Shown: piece after piece, positions 7,635 through 15,876 of the stretch
Numbering within the stretch: position 1 is the first letter of the stretch
Layout of the letters: each line of letters opens with the position of its first letter
IMG/VR virus record: IMGVR_UViG_3300025853_000033
DNA length: 64,000 nt
Reading direction: 5' to 3' (one strand)
Source of the DNA: a virus
Position numbers and translations under genes: made by a program
The notes under the pieces: generated by a model
The model's database searches: none
Seen by the model: the letters and a program-made list of their open reading frames with translations, nothing else
Told to the model about the DNA's origin: nothing

Positions 7635-10600
7635 TCAAAGACTGTCCAATCGCGCCTTGAGTTCATTGATTTGCTCTTGTTGCTCCTTGATTGCCTCAAT
7701 TAAGACAGCAACCATGTTCTGATATGCAACAGACTTGACACCATCTGGTCCCTCATGTATCACTTCTGGAAGAATCTTCTCAACTTCTTGTGCAATAACA
7801 CCAATCTCACGTTCTGGTTGACCAATACGATTGAAGTATACACCTCTCATACCAAGAACCTTACTGAGAGCATTGCCAATTCCAACAACATTCTCCTTCA
7901 ATCTAGCATCAGAATTTGCAGTAACTGATTGTGCAAATATAGCAGTACCAGTATGGGTAATTCTGAATCTTTCTGTAGCTACTCCAGCACCCGAAGATTG
8001 AGTACCAAAAGATATTCCAAATTGTCCAGCAGAACCTTCAGATACGCCTTTAATGAATCCCCTAATTCCATCATTACCAACATCATTACCTTCAAATTGA
8101 AGTCCACCGTAGAAATATGCTGATGTCAGTGCCGTATCTGTTTGCCTAAACGTTATATATTGTCCAGGTTCATTAAGTGCTCCACTTATCAGTGGATTGG
8201 TAGTTACAATAACCTCATTTACAAATGTCGAGACACCTGTATGATTTGTGGTATTAAAATTAACCTGTTGATTAAATGTACTAATACCAGTCTCAACAAT
8301 CCAACCATTAGGAATGTTCCAAGTTAGAGAATCAGTTCTAAACTCTACATTATTCTCAAACAATACAGGACCACTTGCATATAGAGAATACCCTGGTTTT
8401 GCAGATGTAGTTTCAATACCAACATTTGTTGTAGTAGAGATTCCTACCCCATCAAATACCCAAACATCAGAGACGTTTGCTAATCCAGAACCATCACCTC
8501 TAAAAGTACCACTCCAAAGACCAACATAATAGTTATCAGAAGTCGATTTTATTGGACCAAATTCATTCCAATTATTGTCTTCAGTGTATACCCATCCAAA
8601 AGTTCCACCAGATTGTGGTTCTGCATTTATTTTAGAATCACCAATATTACCAGCAATCTCTGGTGTTCCAACACCTACACTTATTTCCCTAGCAATTGTT
8701 TCTTCACCTTGAATAAGAATACTATTACTTTCAATTGCATCATTGATCGTTACTTTTTCATTAAAAATAGCTGGTCCATTAAATTCTGAGATAATATTAT
8801 TATCTTTACCACCATCTACTTTAATTCCTCTATTAACAGTTAATTGTTCTGTGGATAAAATATCATATCCAACTGAAGAATTATCACTGGTTATATCTTC
8901 ACCTCTAACGGTAGGAACAGGTGCATTAGTAAGTAAATCAACACCAGTAGAACCACTAGTAAACTTATTGACCGTATATGCATTTCCCTTATCATCTAGT
9001 CCATTGTAGAATGGAGTACCACCATTAATAGCAGATGATTGAGATAGAATCCTCTCAATATTCTTAAATTGTCTATCTTGTCTAGAAGGAAGAGCAGTAG
9101 AGTAGTTTCCAGGACCATATCCAAGATATTCAAAAGTATGACCAGATGCACGAATAATAGAATTTCTTCTAAGTTCAGTTGGTATAAATTTAACTCTTCT
9201 AATTACAGATCCTACTGGGTGAGTTTCTTTTCTTGTCCCAAAAAGTCCACGGAATACACTCAAAGAATTGTCATTTAGAACACTTTGATTAATACGCATT
9301 ATCTCTTTATTGACAATAATATAGTCACCAACGTTCCAACCTCTATGAGTTGCATTAGTCACTGCAATAGTGTTAATTGCAGGATCGTCCAATAAAATAG
9401 TTGAAGTAGTGGTTATGCCAGCATATCTTGCAACAAGTCTTGATGAATCATATTCTCTATCAAAATCAATAATATCTTTTTGGTCATCAAAACCTACAGG
9501 ATAGATATATCCACCTTGAGCTGGTGATAGTACAGTATTTCCTGCTCCAGCAACAACATTAATAGTATTATTGTCAATTACACTTCTAACATAATAAGTT
9601 CTATTATATTGACCAACTAACTCCACATCACTCACAACTATCTTATTACCAGCAGACAATCCATGAGAATTGAATGTTGTTATAGTTGTAATTCCTGTTA
9701 CATTATTATAATATGTTGAATTGATTCCAATAGATGCTCCAGTTTGATACAAAGTAACATCAGAAAGAATCGCTGAATTGATAGCATTCAATCCATTAGT
9801 ATTGATTCCACTTATGACTTCAGGAGTTCCATAATCAGGTTTGGAATAAATTGTAGTCGCAGAAGAAACATTTACAATATGATCATTTCCATTTACTACC
9901 GAAGTAATTCTGTATAGATTGTTATATTCAGAGAATCTAGAATCTCGTATTCCCTCTATTCTAAGTACATCACCAACATTATTATAAATTTGATCTACTT
10001 GAACATATCCAGCAACCCAACCAGTTGTAGTTCCAACACCGACTACCGTGAGTGTATTACCTATACCATAAGCAGATCCACCATCTACTATTTTAACATC
10101 AGTAATACTTCCATTTACATCAACCTCCACATTTGCTGTTGCATGTTTACCAACAACAGATCCAGCAGATCCAACTAAAGTTGCATTATATAAAACTTGA
10201 ACACCCCCAGATCCATCACCATAATTAAGTCCTGGATTAATAACAGATACTTTAGTAACTGGATTTAATCCATGATCTGGTTTTGTGGTAATAGTATGAG
10301 ATGTTCCAGATTGAGAATGTATATCTAATATACCAATATTATAATTAAAAGAACTAATTTTATTTTCAATGACTTCTCTAGTCAAACTATGTTGAGGATC
10401 ATCAATCTCAGTTAATCCAATTGGAGAAGGTAGTGCAAAAGTTCTAGTTTTGTCTGGATTATTTTCTGGATTGTCTCTGTCTAGTTGAGGATATAAGTTT
10501 TTTAATGGTTGGGAGAACTTTAAATCTGTAAATGGATTTACTGTAGGTGAACTAGAAGAATCAATTATAGTTAAATGGTATACACCATCTCTAGAACCTG

Positions 10601-13451
10601 GAATATAGTCTTGTATTTCTTCTGTCTTATAAATCCAGAATGTTTTATTTAATTCTTTTGTTTTAAAATTAGGTAAATCTAGATTTCTTATATTAATAGG
10701 AGATCTAAACAATCCAGTATTAGTGGTTATACCAATACTAAAGGACTTTCTTGTTGGTGTATCTAATACTTCATAAACACCATTATATCCAGTATTAGCA
10801 ATTCCAGTAGTATTTTCGGTAGAAATAATATTTTGAATTTCTACTTTAGATCCAATAGATAATGAGTGAGGAATATCTGTATATACTGTCGCAACTCCAA
10901 CACTAGAATCATGAACTGCATTACTAATAAATTTTGGATTCCTAAGTTCTGAAGTATTGCTCAAAGTTACTGATCCAATATTCATGAATTTTGCAACTTC
11001 CGAATCACTAAACCCAGTAGTTGTGTTTGACTCTTGAATAACAAAAGAATCCTCAGGAGGTCTAGCAGTAACAGTACTGTCCTTAGGTATTACATATCTT
11101 ACCTTATAAATTTTACTATCTAAAGATCTATTGTCTGGTGTTCTAGAAATATATGATTTTGAGGTTGCTTTACCTAGAGCAGGAAATCCTAGTCCTACAA
11201 TAGTGCTGTAAATATCATTTTCAGTAGAACTTACAGTAACATACCACTGACCTCTAGATTCATCATATTGGATTGGATGACCAATATCTCCAGATTTTTT
11301 ATCAGAAACTCTAGATTCTATTCTTAAAATTCCACCTTTGTTATTAACAGTTATAGAAGATTCACTAGTGCTATCATCAAGTGTTCTTGCTAACTTAATT
11401 TGATCTGTATTAATACCAGATGTAATAGCATAATATACATTATTATTAGAGATTCCATCAGGAAGTTCACCATCATCACTTAAAATACGAATAGTTTCTC
11501 CAGTATCAAATAAATGAGGTTCTGTTAAAGTAAGAATATTTGAACTTATACTATTAATACCAATATTAGTTCTTCCAACCGTTGATACTTTAATAGAACT
11601 AGACTCAAATATGCCAGATCCTTGAGTATCTGGCATTATTATTTTGGCAAGTCTTTCCTGATTAGCAATTACAACTTTAAGTTTATCATTAAACTTAGAT
11701 CCTATTCTATATCCCTCAATGACAGATTTTGGTGGTATATCTTGGTTTAACTCATTATAAAGGTATAACCTAGTAGGATCTGCCTGTCCTATTGTGCTCT
11801 CAACATCAATTGCACCATATTCAACAGTTACTTCTTCAGAATCTATTGTTTGTGGGGGCAAAATATGGGTAATATATCCAGTATCGTCCCTTGGGAATGC
11901 ATCTCTCCTAAAACCTTTACAAACTAAAGCTTTTGCACCAAAGTTTGAGTTTGAGTTTGTAATTGATAGGTCACCACCAGACTCAGAAATATAATGATTA
12001 CCGAATCCAATTGAGAATACAGATACTAACTGTAAGAATGCATTATTAGATGCTTTAATATGGAACGTATCATAATCTGGTTTATATATTGCTAGAGAAT
12101 TTGTATGTAAATTTGTTACACTAACAGAATCCTCATATGCACCAGAAATAGAATTATATTTTACAAAGGCATTATCATCTTTTTGAAGTCCAATTGCAGT
12201 AAATTGTGCAACAACCATGGATCTAAATCCATCAGCTTTAGATCCATCTGCATGTAGACCATTCATACCATAAACTGATCTCAATGAACAGTTAAAGATA
12301 TATGGAGAAGCAGAAGTTACAGTATCTACAGTAATGTTTAATGTTGGTGATCCAGAAATAATTGTTGGTAAAGGATCTACTGGTGGGTTTGATACCCTAT
12401 ATGTAATTGTTGTTGGATCTTCAACACTTCTAATAACAAAAGAACCATTATACCCAGATGCTGGAATTCCTTCGATTCTTATTGGAGTATCTACATCAAG
12501 ACCATTAATAGGTTCTAAAATATCTACTGTAATTACATTTGATGTGTTAACACCATCACCAGATTTAATGCTAGTTATACCGATATTTTGTCCCGTTGAA
12601 CCAACAATACGATATTCATCAATTTTTGACTGAATATCAACATTAGCACTTGGAAATACTGGTGTAATTTCTCTTCCGCTAGAAGGACCATAAACTAGAG
12701 CAATTTTTTCATAATATAAATCTAGGTCAGTTTTTGTTGTATTATAATTTAAATCATCATTATCAAATCCTACAGGATTAACACCATCAGCATATTCAAA
12801 ACAAGTAAGCTTATGGTGAGAATAATTTGGTACTGATAGATTCAATCCATAGTTTTTATATACTACACTATTTGGATCAGCATCAAAGAAAGTAAATTGA
12901 TTAAAGTAACAAGTTCCTGTTACCCTAAACAAACAAGTTGAATCAACAGAATCATCCTCTGGATCGGGAACAAATTTGGGTCTGATTTTTGTTTTACGAA
13001 GATCCAATCCAACAATAGATGTTCCACGAGGAATAATTACTCCACCGTAAACAGAATTCATTTTATAGAGAGAATTATTCTCGCTATTTACATCAAAATT
13101 AGTTTCTAAATTAAATCCTTCAAGAGCATTTGAATAAGATCCTCCTCTAGTTAACCAATTATTCCCACTAACAGGAGCATCATGAATGGGTATCCATCCA
13201 GGTCTATTATCAATTAAATGCTCACCTGGGTAAACAATAATTGTTGTTCTACTAAACCTATCATTATCTAAACCAACTTGATAAGAAAATCTGGCAGCTT
13301 CAATTAATGCCCTTTGAATTGTCTTAAAAGGTCTAACCAAAGAGTTACCTTGATTTTCAATACTATCTGTGGAATCAATACTTGAGGGATCTACGTAAAG
13401 AATGTCCCCTCTACTATTCTTTAGAAAATTATCTAAGCGACTAAGACCCAT
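7635..13451 (-). CDS. Large virion structural / tail-fibre protein with C-terminal peptidase S74 chaperone
   Basis: N-terminal YVDP...PFKTIQRAL pattern, beta-rich body, C-terminal NSDARLKENV...IGVIAQEVE...LIEAIKEQQ coiled coil. Confidence 0.85.
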   Translation of the reverse strand: MGLSRLDNFLKNSRGDILYVDPSSIDSTDSIENQGNSLVRPFKTIQRALIEAARFSYQVGLDNDRFSRTTIIVYPGEHLIDNRPGWIPIHDAPVSGNNWLTRGGSYSNALEGFNLETNFDVNSENNSLYKMNSVYGGVIIPRGTSIVGLDLRKTKIRPKFVPDPEDDSVDSTCLFRVTGTCYFNQFTFFDADPNSVVYKNYGLNLSVPNYSHHKLTCFEYADGVNPVGFDNDDLNYNTTKTDLDLYYEKIALVYGPSSGREITPVFPSANVDIQSKIDEYRIVGSTGQNIGITSIKSGDGVNTSNVITVDILEPINGLDVDTPIRIEGIPASGYNGSFVIRSVEDPTTITYRVSNPPVDPLPTIISGSPTLNITVDTVTSASPYIFNCSLRSVYGMNGLHADGSKADGFRSMVVAQFTAIGLQKDDNAFVKYNSISGAYEDSVSVTNLHTNSLAIYKPDYDTFHIKASNNAFLQLVSVFSIGFGNHYISESGGDLSITNSNSNFGAKALVCKGFRRDAFPRDDTGYITHILPPQTIDSEEVTVEYGAIDVESTIGQADPTRLYLYNELNQDIPPKSVIEGYRIGSKFNDKLKVVIANQERLAKIIMPDTQGSGIFESSSIKVSTVGRTNIGINSISSNILTLTEPHLFDTGETIRILSDDGELPDGISNNNVYYAITSGINTDQIKLARTLDDSTSESSITVNNKGGILRIESRVSDKKSGDIGHPIQYDESRGQWYVTVSSTENDIYSTIVGLGFPALGKATSKSYISRTPDNRSLDSKIYKVRYVIPKDSTVTARPPEDSFVIQESNTTTGFSDSEVAKFMNIGSVTLSNTSELRNPKFISNAVHDSSVGVATVYTDIPHSLSIGSKVEIQNIISTENTTGIANTGYNGVYEVLDTPTRKSFSIGITTNTGLFRSPINIRNLDLPNFKTKELNKTFWIYKTEEIQDYIPGSRDGVYHLTIIDSSSSPTVNPFTDLKFSQPLKNLYPQLDRDNPENNPDKTRTFALPSPIGLTEIDDPQHSLTREVIENKISSFNYNIGILDIHSQSGTSHTITTKPDHGLNPVTKVSVINPGLNYGDGSGGVQVLYNATLVGSAGSVVGKHATANVEVDVNGSITDVKIVDGGSAYGIGNTLTVVGVGTTTGWVAGYVQVDQIYNNVGDVLRIEGIRDSRFSEYNNLYRITSVVNGNDHIVNVSSATTIYSKPDYGTPEVISGINTNGLNAINSAILSDVTLYQTGASIGINSTYYNNVTGITTITTFNSHGLSAGNKIVVSDVELVGQYNRTYYVRSVIDNNTINVVAGAGNTVLSPAQGGYIYPVGFDDQKDIIDFDREYDSSRLVARYAGITTTSTILLDDPAINTIAVTNATHRGWNVGDYIIVNKEIMRINQSVLNDNSLSVFRGLFGTRKETHPVGSVIRRVKFIPTELRRNSIIRASGHTFEYLGYGPGNYSTALPSRQDRQFKNIERILSQSSAINGGTPFYNGLDDKGNAYTVNKFTSGSTGVDLLTNAPVPTVRGEDITSDNSSVGYDILSTEQLTVNRGIKVDGGKDNNIISEFNGPAIFNEKVTINDAIESNSILIQGEETIAREISVGVGTPEIAGNIGDSKINAEPQSGGTFGWVYTEDNNWNEFGPIKSTSDNYYVGLWSGTFRGDGSGLANVSDVWVFDGVGISTTTNVGIETTSAKPGYSLYASGPVLFENNVEFRTDSLTWNIPNGWIVETGISTFNQQVNFNTTNHTGVSTFVNEVIVTTNPLISGALNEPGQYITFRQTDTALTSAYFYGGLQFEGNDVGNDGIRGFIKGVSEGSAGQFGISFGTQSSGAGVATERFRITHTGTAIFAQSVTANSDARLKENVVGIGNALSKVLGMRGVYFNRIGQPEREIGVIAQEVEKILPEVIHEGPDGVKSVAYQNMVAVLIEAIKEQQEQINELKARLDSL

Positions 13452-13481
13452 TTTTATACACTAGTTGCTGTTATTATAATT

Positions 13482-13489
13482 TATTTATT
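13482..13489 (-). promoter_or_regulatory. T4-type late promoter variant AATAAATA
   Basis: About 30 nt upstream of the structural gene start at 13451. Confidence 0.55.
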
Positions 13490-13498
13490 CATAAGAAA

Positions 13499-13669
13499 CT
13501 ACTGATTATTATTTTCTAACATATATTCTACAGTGTTTGCAATATCATTCATTGCATCTCTTAAATCTGGTCTTTGTCCAGATTCTTGGCGATTTATTGG
13601 TCTCTTATCATCACTAAGAGTCCAACGCCACATTTTCATGCCACTACAATACCAGAGTTTAATGTTCAT
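13499..13669 (-). CDS. Conserved cyanophage hypothetical protein, 56 aa (below track cutoff)
   Basis: Hand translation MNIKLWYCSGMKMWRWTLSDDKRPINRQESGQRPDLRDAMNDIANTVEYMLENNNQ. Confidence 0.7.
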   Translation of the reverse strand: MNIKLWYCSGMKMWRWTLSDDKRPINRQESGQRPDLRDAMNDIANTVEYMLENNNQ

Positions 13670-14759
13670 AAGATGGGTTACTCCAATCAGACGTGAAACT
13701 TCTCAAATGTTCTATCTTATGTAGTATACTCTCATCATACAAAACAAACTCTTCATTTGCAAAATGCAATTTACAATTATTTTTCAAAGCAAGTTTTAAG
13801 AGATACATACGCCTATCATAATCATCAGGTAAAGAGTATATACTAAACATCAAAATATGATCTAAATTTTTTTCTTTTAAAAGATATTCAAGATAAGAGT
13901 GATTTCTACCTTCATTATCTCCAGTTTGATGGGGGAATATATACCCCATCCTAGTACAATAATCCTTAACGGTTAACGTCTGAAAATGGAGATCTATATT
14001 TTTAGTTTTAAATCCTTCATATTCAGCATAAGTAACTACATTTTCATAGTCCTCTATCTTTATTTTTCTAGATGATATTTTACTATCTCCCAAAATTCTA
14101 AAATAAGATCCAGGCCACTTCCTATGAGGTTGACCATTTTTAAGCAAAACCCTAACATCTATACTTATTCTAGTTTTTCCAGTTCTATTAGGAACTCCAC
14201 CATGAATATTTTCTTGAGTGAATAATAAATATTGACCCTTCTTTATATTTACTGGGTAACTGTTATCAATACAAACATTTTGAAGTCTTTCATAATTCCA
14301 ATTCTCTTCTGTAGATTTTTTTGTAATTTCTCTACTTTTTTCTATTCCAATTATTTGAAGAGAATTTGAAGAATATGCATCAGTAAATGGAACCCAAATA
14401 GTTCTTAATCCAAGACCATTACCAACCCATCTTCCTTGATGATATGGTAAGACAGTTCCTGTTTTATCTTGATCTGGTATTGTTATTCTAATATTACCAA
14501 ATTTTTGTATAAGAACTTCAGTATTTAATGATGGGAGAATACATTCTTCAACCAATTCATCAAATATTGAATAAAAATTAGTGTCTGCAAGATCTTTACC
14601 CACAAGTTTTACAAGTTCACCTATTTTTTTGGGATGAACATCCTCATGTAAAACAGAAAGATCTTTAACAGTTGGGTAGTACTTTTGGATACAACTTATA
14701 ATATAATGATCTAAGTTGTACTTCTTAATATCATAATCGTATACATTTGCATCAAACAT
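13659..14759 (-). CDS. Fused phytanoyl-CoA-dioxygenase-like 2OG-Fe(II) oxygenase + 'sporadic carbohydrate cluster' LIC12192-like domain
   Basis: N-terminal LPYHQGRW...RTIWVPFTD...NIHGGVPNRTGKTRISIDVR; C-terminal Q.L.VKDYC...HILMFSIYSLPDD...KLHFANE. Confidence 0.65.
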   Translation of the reverse strand: MFDANVYDYDIKKYNLDHYIISCIQKYYPTVKDLSVLHEDVHPKKIGELVKLVGKDLADTNFYSIFDELVEECILPSLNTEVLIQKFGNIRITIPDQDKTGTVLPYHQGRWVGNGLGLRTIWVPFTDAYSSNSLQIIGIEKSREITKKSTEENWNYERLQNVCIDNSYPVNIKKGQYLLFTQENIHGGVPNRTGKTRISIDVRVLLKNGQPHRKWPGSYFRILGDSKISSRKIKIEDYENVVTYAEYEGFKTKNIDLHFQTLTVKDYCTRMGYIFPHQTGDNEGRNHSYLEYLLKEKNLDHILMFSIYSLPDDYDRRMYLLKLALKNNCKLHFANEEFVLYDESILHKIEHLRSFTSDWSNPSYEH

Positions 14760-14762
14760 ACT

Positions 14763-15047
14763 TTAATCAAGTTCAGCAAGAAGTTCTTCGTTTTCTAATT
14801 CCATCTCAAAAAAACAGGGGTGGCATTCTTCCATTACCAAATATCCAGATGCTCTAAACATATATTCATTATCAAAGATTCTTCCATAATCATTTGCCCA
14901 TGCCTGAAAGTATGCTATATTATCTTCCTCATCATCAGTCAAATCATCCCATGTAAAAGGAACATTGTTTATAAAATACATCTTCACAACTCTTTTCATT
15001 GATTCAACTTCTAACCAACAATAAGATTTTGTGAGTTTGTATTTCAT
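14763..15047 (-). CDS. Conserved cyanophage hypothetical protein
   Basis: MKYKLTKSYCW...MYFINNVPFTWDDL...CHPCFFE. The track start at 15167 falls inside tRNA-Leu, so the start was moved to the ATG at 15047. Confidence 0.65.
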   Translation of the reverse strand: MKYKLTKSYCWLEVESMKRVVKMYFINNVPFTWDDLTDDEEDNIAYFQAWANDYGRIFDNEYMFRASGYLVMEECHPCFFEMELENEELLAELD

Positions 15048-15126
15048 ACTACTAAATCCGTTTTTAATATTTAGTTTTGTAGGAGGGCGCTCCCATATAA
15101 GAAAGACCTTTAATATTCCCCCCAAG

Positions 15127-15210
15127 TGCGAGTAGGGAGACTTGAACTCCCACGGGATTACTCCCAACAGATTTTAAGTCTGGTGCGTCTACCGATTCCG
15201 CCATACTCGC
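15127..15210 (-). tRNA. tRNA-Leu(UAA), copy 1, CCA not encoded
   Basis: GCGAGTA/TACTCGC acceptor stem, anticodon arm CCAGA-CTTAAAA-TCTGT, long variable arm GGGA-GTAA-TCCC, GTTCAAG T-loop. Confidence 0.95.
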
Positions 15211-15214
15211 ATTT

Positions 15215-15289
15215 TGGTAGGACTGGAGGGAATTGAACCCTCTTCACACCGTTATAAGCAGTGGGCCTTAACCAATAGGCGACAGTCCC
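15215..15289 (-). tRNA. tRNA-Ile(UAU), CCA encoded
   Basis: GGGACTG/CAGTCCT acceptor stem, anticodon arm CACTG-CTTATAA-CGGTG, GGTTCAATT T-loop, 3' ACCA. Confidence 0.93.
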
Positions 15290-15292
15290 GTT

Positions 15293-15380
15293 TGGTAGGA
15301 GTAGGGAGACTTGAACTCCCACGGGCGTAATGCCCAACAGATTTTAAGTCTGGTGTGTCTACCGATTCCACCATACTCCC
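15293..15380 (-). tRNA. tRNA-Leu(UAA), copy 2, CCA encoded
   Basis: GGGAGTA/TACTCCT acceptor stem, same anticodon arm as copy 1, variable arm GGGC-ATTAC-GCCC, 3' ACCA. Confidence 0.95.
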
Positions 15381-15397
15381 GTGAAGTTGACTTGACT

Positions 15398-15426
15398 ATC
15401 ATAGGATAGGATCTTACGATTGTCAA
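15398..15426 (-). promoter_or_regulatory. Sigma70-type promoter of the tRNA cluster, inside a 13-bp inverted repeat
   Basis: TTGACA (15421-15426), 17 bp, TATGAT (15398-15403). IR arms at 15388-15400 and 15418-15430 match 12/13. Confidence 0.85.
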
Positions 15427-15435
15427 GTCATTGTA

Positions 15436-15642
15436 TCATTCCTCGTATGTGGGTGGATGATACTTCAAGTATTCCCAGAAGGTCAACTTCATTTCCTTAT
15501 GGGTCATTCCACAATGTTTTGCGGCAGCAGGTAAAGTCATTGTGCAGTTGAACAATGACTCATTTGCCTCTTGAACGTTTTGTGGTGTTGTTTTTACCTT
15601 TTGTTCAATTAGTGAACTTTTGTCAATTCTTTGATACATCAT
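15436..15642 (-). CDS. Conserved cyanophage hypothetical protein (possible small HTH-like)
   Basis: LPAAAKHCGMTHKEMKLTFWEYLKYHPP. Confidence 0.7.
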   Translation of the reverse strand: MMYQRIDKSSLIEQKVKTTPQNVQEANESLFNCTMTLPAAAKHCGMTHKEMKLTFWEYLKYHPPTYEE

Positions 15643-15818
15643 AGTGGAGCATAGGCAAGGACATCTTCTTCCACTGTAGCACGAACAAATTGTAGGACAT
15701 TCATGAACTGATCTGTGGTTTCACACACAAGTTCCTGTTCTGTACCTTCATTAGAATAGATGTAAATTGTTTTGCGGGTTGGATCTACTACACATCGTGT
15801 CAGGTACTCATCTTGCAT
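15639..15818 (-). CDS. Conserved cyanophage hypothetical protein, 59 aa (below track cutoff)
   Basis: Hand translation MQDEYLTRCVVDPTRKTIYIYSNEGTEQELVCETTDQFMNVLQFVRATVEEDVLAYAPL. ATGA overlap with the next gene; promoter directly upstream. Confidence 0.75.
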   Translation of the reverse strand: MQDEYLTRCVVDPTRKTIYIYSNEGTEQELVCETTDQFMNVLQFVRATVEEDVLAYAPL

Positions 15819-15847
15819 TTGGAGTGCTTTGCGTTGAATGCCCTGTC

Positions 15848-15876
15848 ATTGTAGCAGACCTTTGAGCGGTAGTCAA
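15848..15876 (-). promoter_or_regulatory. Sigma70-type (early) promoter
   Basis: TTGACT (15871-15876), 17 bp, TACAAT (15848-15853). The -35 contains the TGA stop of the tail-fibre gene. Confidence 0.8.

Noticed and set aside
15048-15167. N-terminal extension of ORF 14763..15167
   Set aside because: It overlaps tRNA-Leu; a downstream ATG gives a typical protein start.
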